Assembly (NCBI GenBank): GCA_040390725.1
Contig: JAZJXT010000002.1
Span: forward strand, 28,450-92,449
Length of the DNA: 64,000 nucleotides
Reading direction: 5' to 3'
DNA from: Patescibacteria group bacterium
GTDB lineage: Bacteria; Patescibacteriota; Minisyncoccia; Phycocordibacterales; UBA9973
This document shows positions 63,265-64,000 of the stretch, piece by piece; position 1 is the stretch's first letter; each line of letters begins with the position of its first letter. The notes beneath the pieces were generated by a model. The model was not told the origin of the DNA. It saw nothing but the letters and a program-made list of their open reading frames with translations, and made no database searches. A program made the position numbers and the translations under genes.

Positions 63265-64000
63265 TTAAACCGCAATCGGGGCTTTGATGCCTTCGTGCGG
63301 ATTGTAATCAATTAATTCAAAATCTTCTATAGTAAAATCTTCTATATTTTTTTTATTTGGATTTATTTTCATTTTCGGTAATGGGCGTATGTCACCACGG
63401 CGGGAGAGTTGCAGTTTGGCTTGTTCTAAATGATTGGAATACAAATGCACATCACCTCCGGTCCAGACAAATTCTCCGGCTTCGAGTCCGCAGATTTGCG
63501 CCATCATCATGGTGAATACGGAATACGATGCGATATTGAAAGGCAAACCTAAAAAAGTATCGCAGCTTCTTTGGTAAAGCTGGCAAGATAATTTTCCATC
63601 AGCTACATAAAATTGAAAAAAACAATGACACGGAGGCAGGCCGGCTTTTGACATCTCTTCAATGTCGGCTACATTCCAAGCGGATACAATCAGTCGGCGA
63701 GAGTCGGGAGTATTTTTAATTTGTTCAATGACATTTTTTAATTGGTCAATGTGTTTTCCATTTGGCGCTGGCCAATTCCTCCATTGGTATCCGTAAATAG
63801 GTCCGAGGTTGCCATATTCTTTTGCAAAATTTTCATCAGTTTTTACTTTTTCCACAAATTCCGCCATACCTTTTTTCCATTCTTCACCATTGATTTTCGG
63901 AATTGGTAAATTATTTCTTTTCAAATACGCTTTGTAAGGCCATTCATCCCAAATGTGCACATTGTTGTCCGCAAGATATTTTAAATTCGTATCGCCTCGC
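63265..64000 (-). CDS. thyA: thymidylate synthase (ThyA), N-terminus beyond window end
   Basis: [23 protein letters not shown] (catalytic Cys), DVHLYSNH. The ORF continues upstream past 64000 (IWDEW region is internal in ThyA). Confidence 0.9.
   Translation of the reverse strand, partial: RGDTNLKYLADNNVHIWDEWPYKAYLKRNNLPIPKINGEEWKKGMAEFVEKVKTDENFAKEYGNLGPIYGYQWRNWPAPNGKHIDQLKNVIEQIKNTPDSRRLIVSAWNVADIEEMSKAGLPPCHCFFQFYVADGKLSCQLYQRSCDTFLGLPFNIASYSVFTMMMAQICGLEAGEFVWTGGDVHLYSNHLEQAKLQLSRRGDIRPLPKMKINPNKKNIEDFTIEDFELIDYNPHEGIKAPIAV

Overview
AT-rich (~36-40% GC), gene-dense bacterial chromosome segment in the standard genetic code; almost every gene of 100 aa or more has a recognisable function. 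From gene content I infer a Patescibacteria/CPR-like (Parcubacteria-type) organism. Supporting signs are a type IV pilus operon directly downstream of a 2061-aa repeat-built surface protein, a short MetRS and trigger factor, many small secreted or membrane hypotheticals, a ComEC lacking the usual beta-lactamase domain, and heavy investment in DNA uptake and nucleotide salvage. The inference needs phylogenetic confirmation. Gene order: carA(3' end)-carB-pyrB; tig, ppa, an NYN-domain protein, nusA; two secreted repeat proteins (497 aa and 2061 aa); pilB-pilC plus three prepilin-like genes plus a 439-aa pilin-like gene; tpiA-pgk; a retropepsin-like protease with a small partner and a HIT gene; recJ, an orphan, rnhA, comEC; sodA/B, glyA, tmk, dut, argS, a GNAT gene, a PIF1-like helicase, an ArsR-like regulator; an 1109-aa secreted beta-helix/lipase fusion; a lipoprotein; ileS, a HAD gene, recO, a large membrane hypothetical, glyQS, an M16 peptidase, an AI-2E transporter, metG, tatD, rpsF-ssb-rpsR; then a thymidylate/folate cluster (CADD/PqqC-like, CofE-like, dCMP deaminase, MazG-like, folA, thyA). 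I found no rRNA, tRNA or CRISPR. The findings I consider most novel: (1) a ~36-bp palindromic element in three near-identical copies, two inserted in-frame inside pgk and folA where both encode TSPQPSPYKGEGE, analogous to Rickettsia RPEs; a second 102-bp in-frame element with 20-bp terminal inverted repeats inside recJ; (2) a ~190-aa histidine-phosphatase (PGAM-like, RHG...HGG) domain inserted within the IleRS catalytic core; (3) ComEC with a C-terminal HNH-nuclease-like domain; (4) the giant 'NVGIGT...KLDVNG' tail-fibre-like repeat protein contiguous with the pilus operon; (5) a shared TTGTCTACT(A)-N-(T)AGTAGACAA inverted-repeat motif at two intergenic loci and several other long perfect palindromes in regulatory positions.
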